A stretch of 64,000 nucleotides of DNA, taken from the NCBI GenBank assembly GCA_012295275.1, contig CM022665.1:34162001-34226000 (forward strand), written 5' to 3'. Positions 39,201 to 51,241 of this stretch are shown piece by piece. Each line of letters starts with the position of its first letter. The stretch's first letter is position 1. Source of the stretch: Chrysomallon squamiferum. Its lineage: Eukaryota; Animalia; Mollusca. The notes beneath the pieces are model-generated. The model did no database searches. It was not told the DNA's origin and saw only the letters and a program-made list of their open reading frames with translations. Both the position numbers and the translations under genes were made by a program.

Positions 39201-41352
39201 GATTGTTTGCAGTCCATTTCATTTTTGTAAACTATTTTTATGTATGACATATCCATTCATAATTTTCACCTTGTCATTACATTTTTGGCATGTTCTCTTT
39301 TTATAGTTAATATAACAATATACAAATTGATTGTTTTTCAGACATGGATGATTTTGACCACCCAATGATTTTTCAGTGTTGTTCAAGTTCACTTAGTTGT
39401 ATTGTAAAAATTGTTTTTCAAATGTAGATGATTTTGACTACACAGTAATTTTTCAATTTTGTTCAAGTTTATTTAGTTATATTATATTTACAATCTTCAG
39501 GTTATAAAAAACAAAGGAAAAACATTGCTTTGTTTGTTCATAGTTTTAGAAGTTTGATTATGCCATTCAGTATTATTATTTGAATGTTTCATGAATGAAA
39601 TGTTATCTTTCAGCCCAGGTAAGGATGCACATTTTTCTTACATTTTGTTTGTTTTTTAAATTTGATTCAATTTCATTGATGACTGGGATTTTGCCTTTTC
39701 ATTAAATTTATCATTTATAATGTGTAAGTAATTGTATTTGTATCTTTCACCAAACATTTGTAATAGACTAGACAGGTGGTTTTTTTAAAACATTGCATCA
39801 TAATGCCAGTATCTTGAAACCATTTTAAATACTATGCTAACACAGGTTTACTATAATACAATTTTGCTGCAAATTCTACATAAAATACCAGCTTGTTGTA
39901 AACTGCAATTACCAGTTACAAACACCATGAAAATATTAGTTCATTAACACACTGTACAAATATCAGTTTGTTACAAACATCACGCAAATATCAGTGTTAC
40001 AAACATTACGCAAATACCAGTTTGTTACAAACATTACGCAAATACCAATTTGTTACAAATACTACACAAATAATAAATAGTATTATAAAGTATTATAATA
40101 TTCTTTTATGAATGGTTGAGAATTTTTTTTTTAACAAAGGAATATAAAAAGTCTGATAATATTGAAAATATTTGGTATTAACTTATAAAATGGTAACAAA
40201 ATGGCCTAAGAATGCTTCATTTTTAAATTTGCAGATTTTACAGCATATTCTCAGTATTTCTATTATTTGGTTATTAAAAGCAGTTGTACACTACAAGATG
40301 TACATGCAAAATTGAATGTTTGGTGAAAGCATGATTTTGTGAAAAATAAAAAAGTTGCAAGTTTTGGCAATGTTTGTTTTGCTTTGAATGAAATATTTAA
40401 AGTAATTTTAAAATATCTGTTAATACCTGTAATTTTATTAAAGCATTTAAATGCAATATATTATTATTATTATTATTATTAAAAAATTTAAGTGCTAAAG
40501 TGATACTTTCCAGTAATTTTTTATTCAGTTGAAAAGAAATTAAAAAAAAAACAACAACCAAAAAACCCAATATAAAGAACTAAAGCAAACAAGATAACTT
40601 ACAAGATATGCTTCCTAATAAAAAATTCTTCAATGACATAAATATTCTTGTAATTTATTAACTCTGAACCCACCGTCCTGTCCCCCTCCCCACCAAAAAA
40701 TTCTTCATGGCGCAAAGGTATTCTGTTACAGACAGTTATAGAAATATGAAAGTTATTAATGATGGCAAATGTCTGTATACCTCTGTAGGTTCAGCAGAGA
40801 CCTTTAACATTAAAAAAAACATTCTTATTAAACAATAAAATGTAATAATGCTTTCCATTGTTGTCATTCTCTTACTGTGTATCAGTATATGAATTTACTT
40901 CTAGCATTTTTATTAAGTATTATTTTTTATCTGCTTATGATTGTAAGCTGCTTCTGCATTTCACTAAATACATTGCCTTTTTTAACTTGAGAAAAGTTCT
41001 GGATTCAAAACCAGTTAATTCACTGTAAACTGTTCAATAATAAAAAAATTGTTTTTCAGAGTCACCACCACCTTGTTTGTCTTGGGCTGACAGAGAAACA
41101 GACTCTCCTAAAAAACGAGTTTCATTTGACATTAATGGAAAAGAAAACCTACGTACCAAGTCTAGGTATACTGATCATAAACCAGTGCAATACCAGCATT
41201 TTAATGATGATTTGTACACAAGAGAGTTAGCCAGGAGACAAGAACTCAAAGACAGACTGTTTGAAGTGAAGACAAAAGCTTTAGAATATCATGGTCTTGA
41301 TTTGAGAGCAAAGTATAAATATAAAAATGGTGGAATCCTAAATTTTAGATGA
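33246..41352 (+). CDS. NEK2: NIMA-related Ser/Thr kinase Nek2, Nek2A-type, 460 aa from the conserved Met
   Basis: Exons 33246-33341, 33642-33859, 34128-34365, 34861-35070, 35324-35507, 35948-36002, 36342-36430 and 41060-41352 total 1383 nt, in phase. Kinase motifs IGTGSYG, LVWKE, LVSEVNLLRELRH, HRDLKPAN, DFG, GTPYYMSPE, KSDIWS. Then a coiled coil, KRVSF, a KEN box and a terminal FR dipeptide. Confidence 0.95.
39331..39490. repeat. Two diverged 80-bp tandem copies in NEK2 intron 7
   Basis: TTGTTTTTCA...GATGATTTTGAC...TGTTCAAGTT..TTAGTT begins at both 39331 and 39411. Confidence 0.75.
39955..40073. repeat. Minisatellite of about 28 bp, at least 4 copies
   Basis: Unit approximately TTTGTTACAAACATTACGCAAATACCAG, head-to-tail without spacers. 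More degenerate copies lie upstream, from about 39880. Confidence 0.8.
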
Positions 41353-41795
41353 GGATCATGATGTGATCAAAAAGTGTATTTTCCAGTTGGACGAGTTAGA
41401 AATATTCAAAAAATGGCACAGATTAAGAACTGATATCTGATCAATAACATTTGCTGTTGGATCTCATCTAATCAAACAAGTTTTGATATAAATATTTTAA
41501 GATTCAGTTATCATTTTTTATATAATCAAAACAAGATAAAATTGGACATGATTCTAATTAAAAGACCAAGTTGACTTTGAGACTGAAGTATGAACATCAA
41601 GTTAAAGAAAAATGCTTTACAATAACTAGGACTATGAATATATGTGCTACATATTTTATGACATTTTGGTTTTCATTTGTATGAGAATGTTTTTGATAAT
41701 GTTCTATTAAAATCATCTAGTGTTTTTAAAAAAGTATGTGAGCATTTTAAATTTTAATTCAAATTGAGTTACATTTCAAACTGTAAATATATATT

Positions 41796-41827
<32 letters not shown>

Positions 41828-43347
41828 TTAAAATAGTAATGCAAGGAACTACAATAAACCACATCTATTAACTGCCTGACAGGGTAACAAAGAAAATTAT
41901 AATTAACAATTAACAATTAAATGCCTACTAATTATATCTGACATCAGAGTTAATGCTTAGTATCAAAAACGCTGATTTAAAACTGTAATAAGTTAAAAAG
42001 ATATGTTTTTATTAGATGAATTACACAATCATAAAAATCTTCAAACCTATACCCACATTTATTTCACAAGACATTCCAGTTACTGCCAAAACATCCCAGT
42101 GTATTTGTAAAATGTATTTTTTTTATTTGTTCAAGTAACAATAAATGCAAAGGGCTCATAAATAAACAGTATTGTTCATTTCATATTAATTTAGAAAATA
42201 AGTAAGATACACTTGTCATGTTTTTGTATTCAGTTTCTATCCTTAAATGTTACATTATGTAAATAACTGAAACCAGTAACGGATAATTTCTCTATCATTT
42301 TATATGTTTTGTTTATTTGTTTGCTGTTATGTATTTTTTGTTAATATATCACCACTATCATGTATAAAATTTAAAGAATTTAAACTAATTAAAATTATTT
42401 TCACTATGTTTATTCAATTTTCAGAATAAGCATAGAGAAAAAGACCATTTTGTTTTGGTAAGATGAATTATATATATACATATATATTGGTTAAGTTTGT
42501 TCACAATAAAGGATTTACTAAAATTGTTGGTTTTTTTTTTTGTTTCCTAAGGCTTTACTGAAAATACTTGTACAGCTACTCACTATTCTTTTCTATCTGA
42601 TTAAATCACTGTTATATTTTACATAGGACAAAAGATGACACTGTATTTGTTTTTAAATAATAATTTTTCATCAGCAAAAATAAAATCTTACTAAATGAAG
42701 AGTGGGAAGATGCAAATAATTTATGTTAACGTCACATCATTGTTTAGGAGGATGAGTTGACAAAAATTTTACTTTTGTGAATATATGCTTTACATTTAAG
42801 ATGTGTTGATGTTCTTTATTTCTAATTATTTTCAATTAATGGATTTAATAACCTCAGAGCAAAATGTGTGTATGTCTATACCTATGTTATGTGATTTTTG
42901 TTGGGATTCTGAATTTTTTTTTGTAAAACAACCAAAACCAAAGACAAATATCAACACAAAAGAAAAGAAATCTTAATGGCATTATTGTTTTAGCCACGAG
43001 AAAAAGGTAAATGTTTTAAGTAACAGAGATCAGAATATTCTGCAGATATAATTACAGATTTTTCTCAAGTAATATTACTTGTGCATATGCATATTTATTA
43101 GTAATGTAACCAACCAGTCTCTGATATTAACTCCACTCTTAACTGGGATTGAATCTAAATTGATGTATATAGAAAAAATAACACAAAAAAAATAATTATA
43201 TGAAATATCACTTTAATTGTATTTGTTTTTCTTTAAATTCTAAGACAGGCATTGACTGCTAAGGTACAGAATACGGATATTTTTTTCTTTCTGCAACTGT
43301 TTATAATACCATCTATATATCCTATAAACATGCACATTTTAATGTTA

Positions 43348-43533
43348 TTACCAGGCTTTTTCTCCTGGGGCCAAATGACGTCCACCATATAATTTGCTTT
43401 TGTTTCTGAATGATGAATAATGACGGTCATCATTGTGAAGCTGGATTGCCCTTCCCACAAATACTAATCCAAATGGGATAACAATACCAATGTAGTACTT
43501 CATGAAACGTGGTTGCAACATGCTGAAACCCAT
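43348..43533 (-). CDS. NDUFB1: NADH:ubiquinone oxidoreductase subunit B1 (MNLL), 61 aa
   Basis: Acceptor TTTTCAG ends at 43541 and the ATG is in strong context (GAAGATGG). MGFSMLQPRFMKYYIGIVIPFGLVFVGRAIQLHNDDRHYSSFRNKSKLYGGRHLAPGEKAW has one TM helix followed by the MNLL-family FRNKS.L...L.P.E..W signature. Confidence 0.85.
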   Translation of the reverse strand: MGFSMLQPRFMKYYIGIVIPFGLVFVGRAIQLHNDDRHYSSFRNKSKLYGGRHLAPGEKAW

Positions 43534-43758
43534 CTTCAATCTGAAAATAAACAATAAGAAAAAGAGAATATCTGTAAAATAAAAATAAGTAATAATTTGT
43601 TTTCCTTAGTTCTTCATTATTATGTCGAGTTATTTGATCTTGGTTTTATTAAACATTAAAATAAATATAATTAAAAATAATTATTCAGGACATTAACATG
43701 AAATGTTATTTTGTTTCTCTATATTTTTATTTTTTAAAAATAAACTACATGTGTACCT

Positions 43759-43914
43759 TTAATTGACTGCTTTTTCAAGCTGCAACTGTGCTTTGTACTT
43801 TTTGGTGTGTGAGTAGTCTGAATAGATCAAAAATCCTACAATGCTAGGAAACAGGACTGAAAGAAAGTTGCGACGGACTTGGTAGATTATCCTTGTCAGC
43901 GATGAATTAAACAT
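43759..43914 (-). CDS. Putative 51-aa single-transmembrane microprotein in the exon upstream of NDUFB1
   Basis: MFNSSLTRIIYQVRRNFLSVLFPSIVGFLIYSDYSHTKKYKAQLQLEKAVN* occupies 156 of the 166 nt of an exon bounded by TTTTTTCAG (exon start 43922) and AG|GTACAC (exon end 43757). Confidence 0.7.
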   Translation of the reverse strand: MFNSSLTRIIYQVRRNFLSVLFPSIVGFLIYSDYSHTKKYKAQLQLEKAVN

Positions 43915-44211
43915 CTAAAAATCTGAAAAAACAAACAACATAAACGTTTCTTTTCCAAATAAAATACTGAGCAGTTTAATTAATGGTTTTCACTTTCGAA
44001 GGTATTTACTCTAGACAAGCGAGTAATCTTTGTTAATACAATTTACGAATAACTGAAAAAACTGAAATTGTGGTATTTGTGTTATACATAATATTTATAG
44101 AATCATTTAAAGCAGGGTATAACTATTCCAAGATCTTCAATATTTAATAAAATGTAACCTCTCACACATTTAGGGTAAGTCTCTCACTTTTATAACATAT
44201 ATACATACATA

Positions 44212-44437
44212 CAGGGGTGTGCAAAAGTAGGTGTACAGTTATGAAAAAAGAAAACACAGTACTCATTGCATTTATTATTCAAACAAAAAAGCTAATATAA
44301 AAATACATGCATTTTTATTAATTTAAATAAAATATGGTTAATGACACTCAAAATAAGAAAAATGAGTCCAACTAATTTAATTTGCTACTAAATTCACTGA
44401 TGTGATACTACTGTATACCTTCTTTTGCACCCCTCTG
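44212..44437. mobile_element. Tc1/mariner-derived MITE
   Basis: TIRs of about 28 bp: CAGGGGTGTGCAAAAGTAGGTGTACAGT versus the reverse complement of the right end, CAGAGGGGTGCAAAAGAAGGTATACAGT. TA TSD at 44210-44211 and 44438-44439. Confidence 0.85.
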
Positions 44438-44999
44438 TATATGTTTGTATTTTAGAGCTGAATAGCATTTTATACTGATTATGCAGAGTTTTCTGTACTC
44501 TTTACCTGCTAATAGTTGCCCATAATCAATATACCAATTTGCTGATGCTACTGATAACTGACTTACTTACTTTAACACTACACTCGCCTGCATTTTTGAT
44601 GCTGAACAGTCCCCCATTTTAATAACATAATCAGCAACAATTCTTCTCCCACTGTTCATAACACTGAATTTTTTATTACAGTTTATTATCAAACTCTCTC
44701 TTTTATGAAGGAACTGTTTTGGAAGTTTGTTTGCACTGAAAACATATGGATAAGACTACCCCTGATCACTTGTGTGGACTACACACCAGAGGAAAACAGC
44801 GTGCCAAATGGAACCTATTTACTGGTGTAAATACATAGGAGAAATTAATGTCAGTCAGGTGACACAAAGTTGAGTGATGGTAACAACTGGTTTGCTTTCA
44901 TTAATTAGCATATTTTGGTTTCATAGCTGATATTCTGGTTGGTGAACTCTGATAAAGAGACAGGTAATGTTACATTGTCATTCCCATGGTCAGTGACCA

Positions 45000-46520
45000 A
45001 GAATCATTGCACCATGTAGTGATTCACTGAGCTAGCTATAGTGGGAGTCTGTAATCATCCTGTGTAGCAATATTCTACTGAAAAGGTCAGTGCCTTCAAA
45101 TAATTATACAGCTGATGGCATTATCAAAACTATTGGTAAATTTCAAAACACCTGTAGGCAATGGAAACACATGTTCCTTCATGTTCCAATCCTGTAGCAG
45201 ATGTGCCATGGATAGACTACCAGAAAATGGTGCCTGTCAAGAAGGTTGTTCTTAAAACATGGGCCTGATTTACTGTCTCTGTGGACAAATGGCAGTGTCA
45301 CAGACAAAGGAGAAACTGAAGTCTGATGGAGTTCTGGCAGTCAGCTTGTACAAGCTGTGTGCATTCACAAAGTATATATACACACAAAGTGAAAAAATTA
45401 TATTTTGTACCATTTCGCAATACCTTAGTGCAATATCTGATGTTTTCAACAGAGTACCTGAAGTGGAGCTAGGAAATTCTGTTCAGTGCATGAAGTTGAT
45501 AGCTGTGGACTTCCCATTTGATGAATGTGCTGTGACTCGGGAATGCTCAAGTGGTTCAACATGCAGCTGTGCTGGCATGGTATCTTGCGAGATGTACTTA
45601 TGAAAAATTTTAAGAATTTAAGTAAATTTCAGCACACTAATTTAAAATGAAAAATTCTGCCATGTTCTCAGAAGAGGCCAAAACATGGAAACAGCAGTCA
45701 TGTATAGTTTGAAAATCATATGATTTGTAACATAAGACCCAATATTACTAATTTGATTCATAAACCAGGAAAAATGTGCTTTTGAATGGTCTCTGTAATG
45801 CTGAATCTGTTTCATCAGGTTTCATTAAGTATTAATATGTGCACTGAAAGAACCAATCTTTTCAACAGAATATGTCTACACAGGGTATAGCACAATTTCA
45901 CACTCCCATTACAGTCAAGTGAATCGTTACCTGGCAGTGTGGCTCCTAGCTAACTGATCAAACTGGGTCCAGGTGGTTAAAACTTTCAAGATTTGTATAT
46001 TTTACAGACAGAGCTTGTGTTATGTTTGAAGATGCACTTTTTTTGTTAATAAATATGCCCATCTACTGCCACTCCACTAAACCAACTGCAGGAACTTCAG
46101 AAAGTATCATCTGCTTGACACTGGAAATATCTCTAAATATGTGTGGACTGAGTATACTATCAAACTTGATGATAAAGATGAAGTGTACCAGACAGAAAGG
46201 ATTTGGGGGTCATCTTTGGGGCATGTAAGCTTGATGGGGCTGAATACAGATTAAGAGAACATGCCGAGGTTGCCACACTTGTTCTGATCATCCTGCACTT
46301 CAATGCTGGACAGGATAGAGTCTTCAACATTATCAGAAAGAACAAGACAAACTTTAGGAATGATTTGTCATTGGATGGCACTTTAACATCGTTGATCACC
46401 ATTAAATAGCCAATCTAGAATCACAAACACCCTGCTAGTGCTATAAATGGTAGTCAACTAAATAACTTTAAAAAAAGCAAAAGTATCACTATGGATTACA
46501 ATAAACTATATAAGAAGTAA
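45000..46520 (+). mobile_element. Highly decayed hAT-like transposase remnant (boundaries approximate)
   Basis: ORF 46203-46409 reads EVATLVLIILHFNAGQDRVFNIIRKNKTNFRNDLSLDGTLTSLITIK, resembling the hAT dimerization motif (L.LPHSNA..ERVFS...KNKT..R..L). Upstream DNA is less AT-rich and contains broken ORFs. Confidence 0.55.
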
Positions 46521-46951
46521 ATGCCATTTCATCATCTAAAGTAAGTATATTACTATATATAAACTGCTCCCTTTTTTTTTTTTTTTTTTTTTTTTCATGT
46601 TTAAAAACTTCCCTAGACCTCAACCTCGGCCTTTTATTTTTCTCACTCATTAGAATTGTCACATAGATAAATAACCGTATCATTATCACGGTAGACAATG
46701 TATGTTTGGTGCTAGATCATAAACTGAATTCTGAAAATTATCTGGTAAGATTTTGCATAAAAATGATACATGACTTCGAGTGTTTCACTGTTTCAGTGTT
46801 TGTCATTCGACTCTTTGTCACTACGGACACTAGCCATTACTGAAAGACATAAACTGTCATTATGCATAAACAAAACATTTCTTTGAAAATTTTGTTTGTT
46901 TTTGAATATATTCTTTTAAAACCAAAAACAAAAGAAAAAGAAATTACTAAC

Positions 46952-47140
46952 TTTATCCAAAAAGATTAAAAGATATGCATCTGCTTGATCAAGGTCGGAA
47001 ACTGAACAGACTGGTGTTCGTTTCTCTATTATTGATAGCTCATCAGCTATAAACTGAAGCGAAGTAACTCCAAAGACGTTCAGTCTACGCAACAAAACGT
47101 CGCGACACCTGGCGATTATAGTGATAACGTCGTATATAAG
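46952..47140. promoter_or_regulatory. Candidate bidirectional promoter with divergent non-coding first exons
   Basis: CpG-enriched patch. A minus-strand donor (AAA|GTTAGT at 46951) points toward NDUFB1 and a plus-strand donor (AAG|GTGAGT at 47141) points rightward. Confidence 0.4.
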
Positions 47141-50100
47141 GTGAGTGATCTTTAGTGCTGGTAATTAAAAATATTTACATATAACTTGAATAGAGATTGA
47201 TAATTATTTTGATTATCGTTATAGAATATACTTTATCAAAATACATTCAAATAAATTTCTTTCAATTTTGGGTATATCATATGTTATTGCAAGTAACTCT
47301 GGTATTTCACAAATTTTCAGTTAACTGGGTTTATATTAATGTCAAAATGACAAAACACAGTTTGTATTCGTTAATCATATCACAACTGAGATTTAACCAA
47401 ACAGTTCATGATTTATAGAATATAATAAGTAAACAATTATATACTTTAACAGTTACGCATTCACGGCATTGTCACGTGTACACACAGTACGGTTAGTGAT
47501 TGAACGGATTCATTGATTCAATGATTGACATTGACAAATTACATTTTTTTTTTTTATGGTAATTAATTTCAACGCATGCTCATTTTAATCACATGATCTG
47601 CTTGAACAGTATTATTCAAGATGCTTCAGAAATCAAACTTTCAAATATTTATGACTTTAGTAGTAATTTACTTGTAGATAATTAACAAAAATAACATAAT
47701 TCAATATTCATTAATCTTATTCCGCATTATAATTTCAGTTTATTATGCATGCATTTACACAAAAATAATCCAGTTTGAAAAGTTTGATTACGTTGAAAAA
47801 GTAGTTAGAAAAGGCGTGTGACATCATGGTTTGGTAATATGAACGACCATCCTTACCTTTATCAGTGTAAATCATAAAAGGTTCTGAAAAATGAACGCAA
47901 AATAATATAATTTGGAAGTTTAAATATTTCCGTGAGCTCACGGAAATGTCCGATCGAAATCCAACATGGCAGCATCGAACGCCGATTAGTGTTTACAAAC
48001 GTTTAAATACGTATGCCTTCATAATGCAATCAATTCTACATGTATTATTAAAAGTAATTTGGGTAAATATGTCGTTTACTCAATGCCTCGTATACATAGA
48101 TGTCTGTTATTGAGTAGAAATTGCTGCAAAGGTCGAAACCTTTTTTTTTTTTTTAGGTAACTTCGCCGTCATAGCTCATACCATCTCGTACACGTTTCGT
48201 ACTGTGTATTTTTTTCAGATATTATTACGAAAAAATAAAATAATAGTAAAATAAAATAAATAATTTTCACAGACACTGGAATTTGAAGATGACTATTCTC
48301 ATTAGGTACCATAATGTGGACACGTTATTCTGCTAAAACTCAATAGCAGACAGTTCTGAGTACGAAGTTCTAAAACGATACTTGAAACCATTATAATTCT
48401 TTTTTATATATATTTATTTCCATTTTCAAAGCACTAGAGGTCGTATTTACATGTAAAAAGCAAACTGATCACGTGTTATTTGAATGATTGCCTTGATACA
48501 TTCATTATAACGCTTGAACCAGTTTTACAACAGAAAATGTTTTGAAAAAGTTAAAGGTCCGTCAACCGGCCTTATAATTTTTTTTTATTAAAAATAAAAT
48601 GTTCACTCTTTTTCGTTAAAACAAAAAGTATTCAACTTCTAAAACATGTACTATTAAATGTGCATACAATGAGTTTGCTATTTTTATTTAAAAAAAAAAT
48701 CATTGGTCCATGCTAATAATAATACCTTTCTATTATTTATTTCGTTTTTGTTATTTCATTGCATTTTTAAAAATATATATATTTATTAATCAATTTAATG
48801 TTATTTAAAGTCATTTTAGATAATTATTGCTATTAAAAAGTGTATTCTGAAACTTTATAAATTCCATATATTCATAATGAGCTAGAGAAGCACCTATGTG
48901 TGCAAAGTACTAATAAGGCCTTACATTTTTTTTCTATATTCATATTGTATTGAGCATTAAATATCTATGTATATTTTTATTAAAGTAATATCAAATATAT
49001 TATGTTCTTTGTTCAAATATGCATTGCTTTTTTGTTTATGCTGTTTATTTTTAATTTTTGTTTAAAAAAAAAATGTGATTACATCTGCAGTAAATTTTAC
49101 ACACACACCCACACACATGGAATAACTGGACATTGTTGTAACATAAAAGCTTTAACCTGAGAAGATTAAATAATGACACCGTTTTATATATATATGTATA
49201 TGTATGTATGTATGTACGTATATATGTATGTAACAAGTCATTTATCAAGTAAATATAATATGAAGCTTTATTTTTGGTCAGTGCCTGAAAACACAGTAAA
49301 TTATCTAATCATATCTTGCTACTGCTTACAGTGATTGCAGGTTATATATATATATATATAGTCACCAGCTTGTAAGTTGATTATGACCTAAATCAGACGT
49401 CTGTATTTATAGAATCCATATTGTATGTATAACATCTCAGTATTAAGTCATACATTATGCATATAATTTAGTTTTAGTTAACCCTTTAATTAGTCAAATC
49501 AAACCCAATTTGCACTACTACGCATTTAGTACTTACTATAAAAAAAAACCCAACAATAGCAAATATTTATTGATCACTGCTGCTGGGTAGAGGACAAAGA
49601 TACTGTTGCCTTGGGTAGCTGAAGGAGTCATTTTCTTTACAAATATTCTGAGCTTTATTTCCATTCCTGTTCAGTCTTGCAGTAAAGATGAAAAATATCT
49701 TGCATTAGATAAGTCTGAACTTGGCTTCAGCTGCAGCATGACTCTCAGACATGAAGTTGTAAAGTTTAACAGTTGTAAGTCTATGACTATGCATATGCTG
49801 TCTTGATTAGGTCAGTGGTCTACTTTGTATGAACTGACCATTGATTTTAGCTTATACTAAGCTCAAAAGGTCACAAAATAGTCAATTTTTGTTACAGGTT
49901 TAAATGTCAAAATATAAACATTTCATATATAAATAATCATCTATTTTGTCCTGATTAAATCCCACACTGTTAGTGAAAACTAATTTTGCACAAGATAATT
50001 TAAAAAGGTTTATAAACAGGTGCAGTAAATTCATTATTTATACTACAAACTACTAACATTAAAAATAGGGCATGGAACTAAGAAATTGTTGCAGTAACTG

Positions 50101-50794
50101 AGCATAATTATTCAGCAGTAATGTTTGTTCCATATTTCACCAAAAACATTCACTGAATATAGAGTAATTATTATGTTTGCCTTCCATCAGCTTTAATATA
50201 TATCAATACTGACAGCAACAGAGGAGGTATGGTATGTATTTTCATTTCATTAAGTACTTTTCTTTTTAGGCTGTATGTTTTATTTCAAGCATTTTTGTCT
50301 TGGATGTAATATTTGGAAATGTTGTATTTATTTTTAATTATTTAATTATTAAATGACAATGATCTCTGCAATATTTATTTTGAAAAAGTTGTAAAAGTAA
50401 ATGAAGTAGGGATAGTGCTCATTTAGAAGAGGAAGAAAACAAGTTTTTTGCTATGTTAGTCAGTTCTATATATCTGTATTATCTTCCTGTTTGCTTTCAC
50501 TGGCTGTGGTGCTTCTGTCTTTCATACAACTGCAGATTGGCTACTTTACACATAGTGGTGAAAAAGTTCAGTACATTGTAAAAGAAATACTGACAATACT
50601 TGGTTTATTTAATCTGAAGAGACTAAAGCATTGAAATCTGGAAGCCAAATGTCTTGATAAGGTGGTATTTTTACAATAGCTAATTTTACTTAGTTTACAG
50701 ATGATAAATGCAGCTCAGATGGACAATTGCAGATCTGTGACAAACTTCACTTTCTGTTACAGATGTTGGAAACTTGTGACATTTGATATCTGCA

Positions 50795-51241
50795 ATGTCA
50801 CTTAGTTCAGTGGAAGGTTTAGCACATTTGTGCTTTCTGGAGGATGGATCTTGTTTCCATGGCATTTTGATTTCAACAACTGGTGATCAGTACACCTTGT
50901 TAGGTAAGCATGCAGATGAAGATGTCTGTCTAGACAAACACGAGTGCTGCTTTGAGGAGGATTCATTAATGATGGAATTAATAGTCATTAATCACAGCAA
51001 TTTTGATGAGGAATATTTTATTCCTGGTGTTATGAAATCTGGAGGAGATAACTGTACACTGATATCAGAACATATTAAATTCTACACAGATCAACTTCTT
51101 GTGGGTCAAAAAGCTGAAAATTGTATTCAGAAATACTTTTCGAAAAAGCTCTTAGGTCAAGAATGCTTAATCTGTATTGGAAAAATGGAAATTCATTATA
51201 TAGCTCCATCTCTGCAGAGTAATCACAAGAAATCTCCATAA
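50795..51241 (+). CDS. Uncharacterized 148-aa Cys-rich, acidic protein in a single coding exon; family not recognised
   Basis: 447-nt uninterrupted ORF from the first ATG, in very AT-rich surroundings. Acceptor-like sites at 50700 and 50762; AATAAA at 51373-51378. Confidence 0.45.
   Translation: MSLSSVEGLAHLCFLEDGSCFHGILISTTGDQYTLLGKHADEDVCLDKHECCFEEDSLMMELIVINHSNFDEEYFIPGVMKSGGDNCTLISEHIKFYTDQLLVGQKAENCIQKYFSKKLLGQECLICIGKMEIHYIAPSLQSNHKKSP

Noticed and set aside
39955-40073. Repeats of about 28 bp, within the CRISPR repeat size range
   Set aside because: The units abut with no unique spacers, there are no cas genes, and the locus is a eukaryotic intron. It is a minisatellite.
43233-43460. 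75-aa ORF overlapping NDUFB1 in another frame
   Set aside because: Non-ATG start, no recognisable features, and explained as a frame shadow running into the 3'UTR.
43759-43914. Naming the microprotein UQCRQ/QCR8, UQCR11 or NDUFC1
   Set aside because: There is only generic TM-region resemblance. It lacks the QCR8 N-terminal half and other family signatures, so no symbol is assigned.
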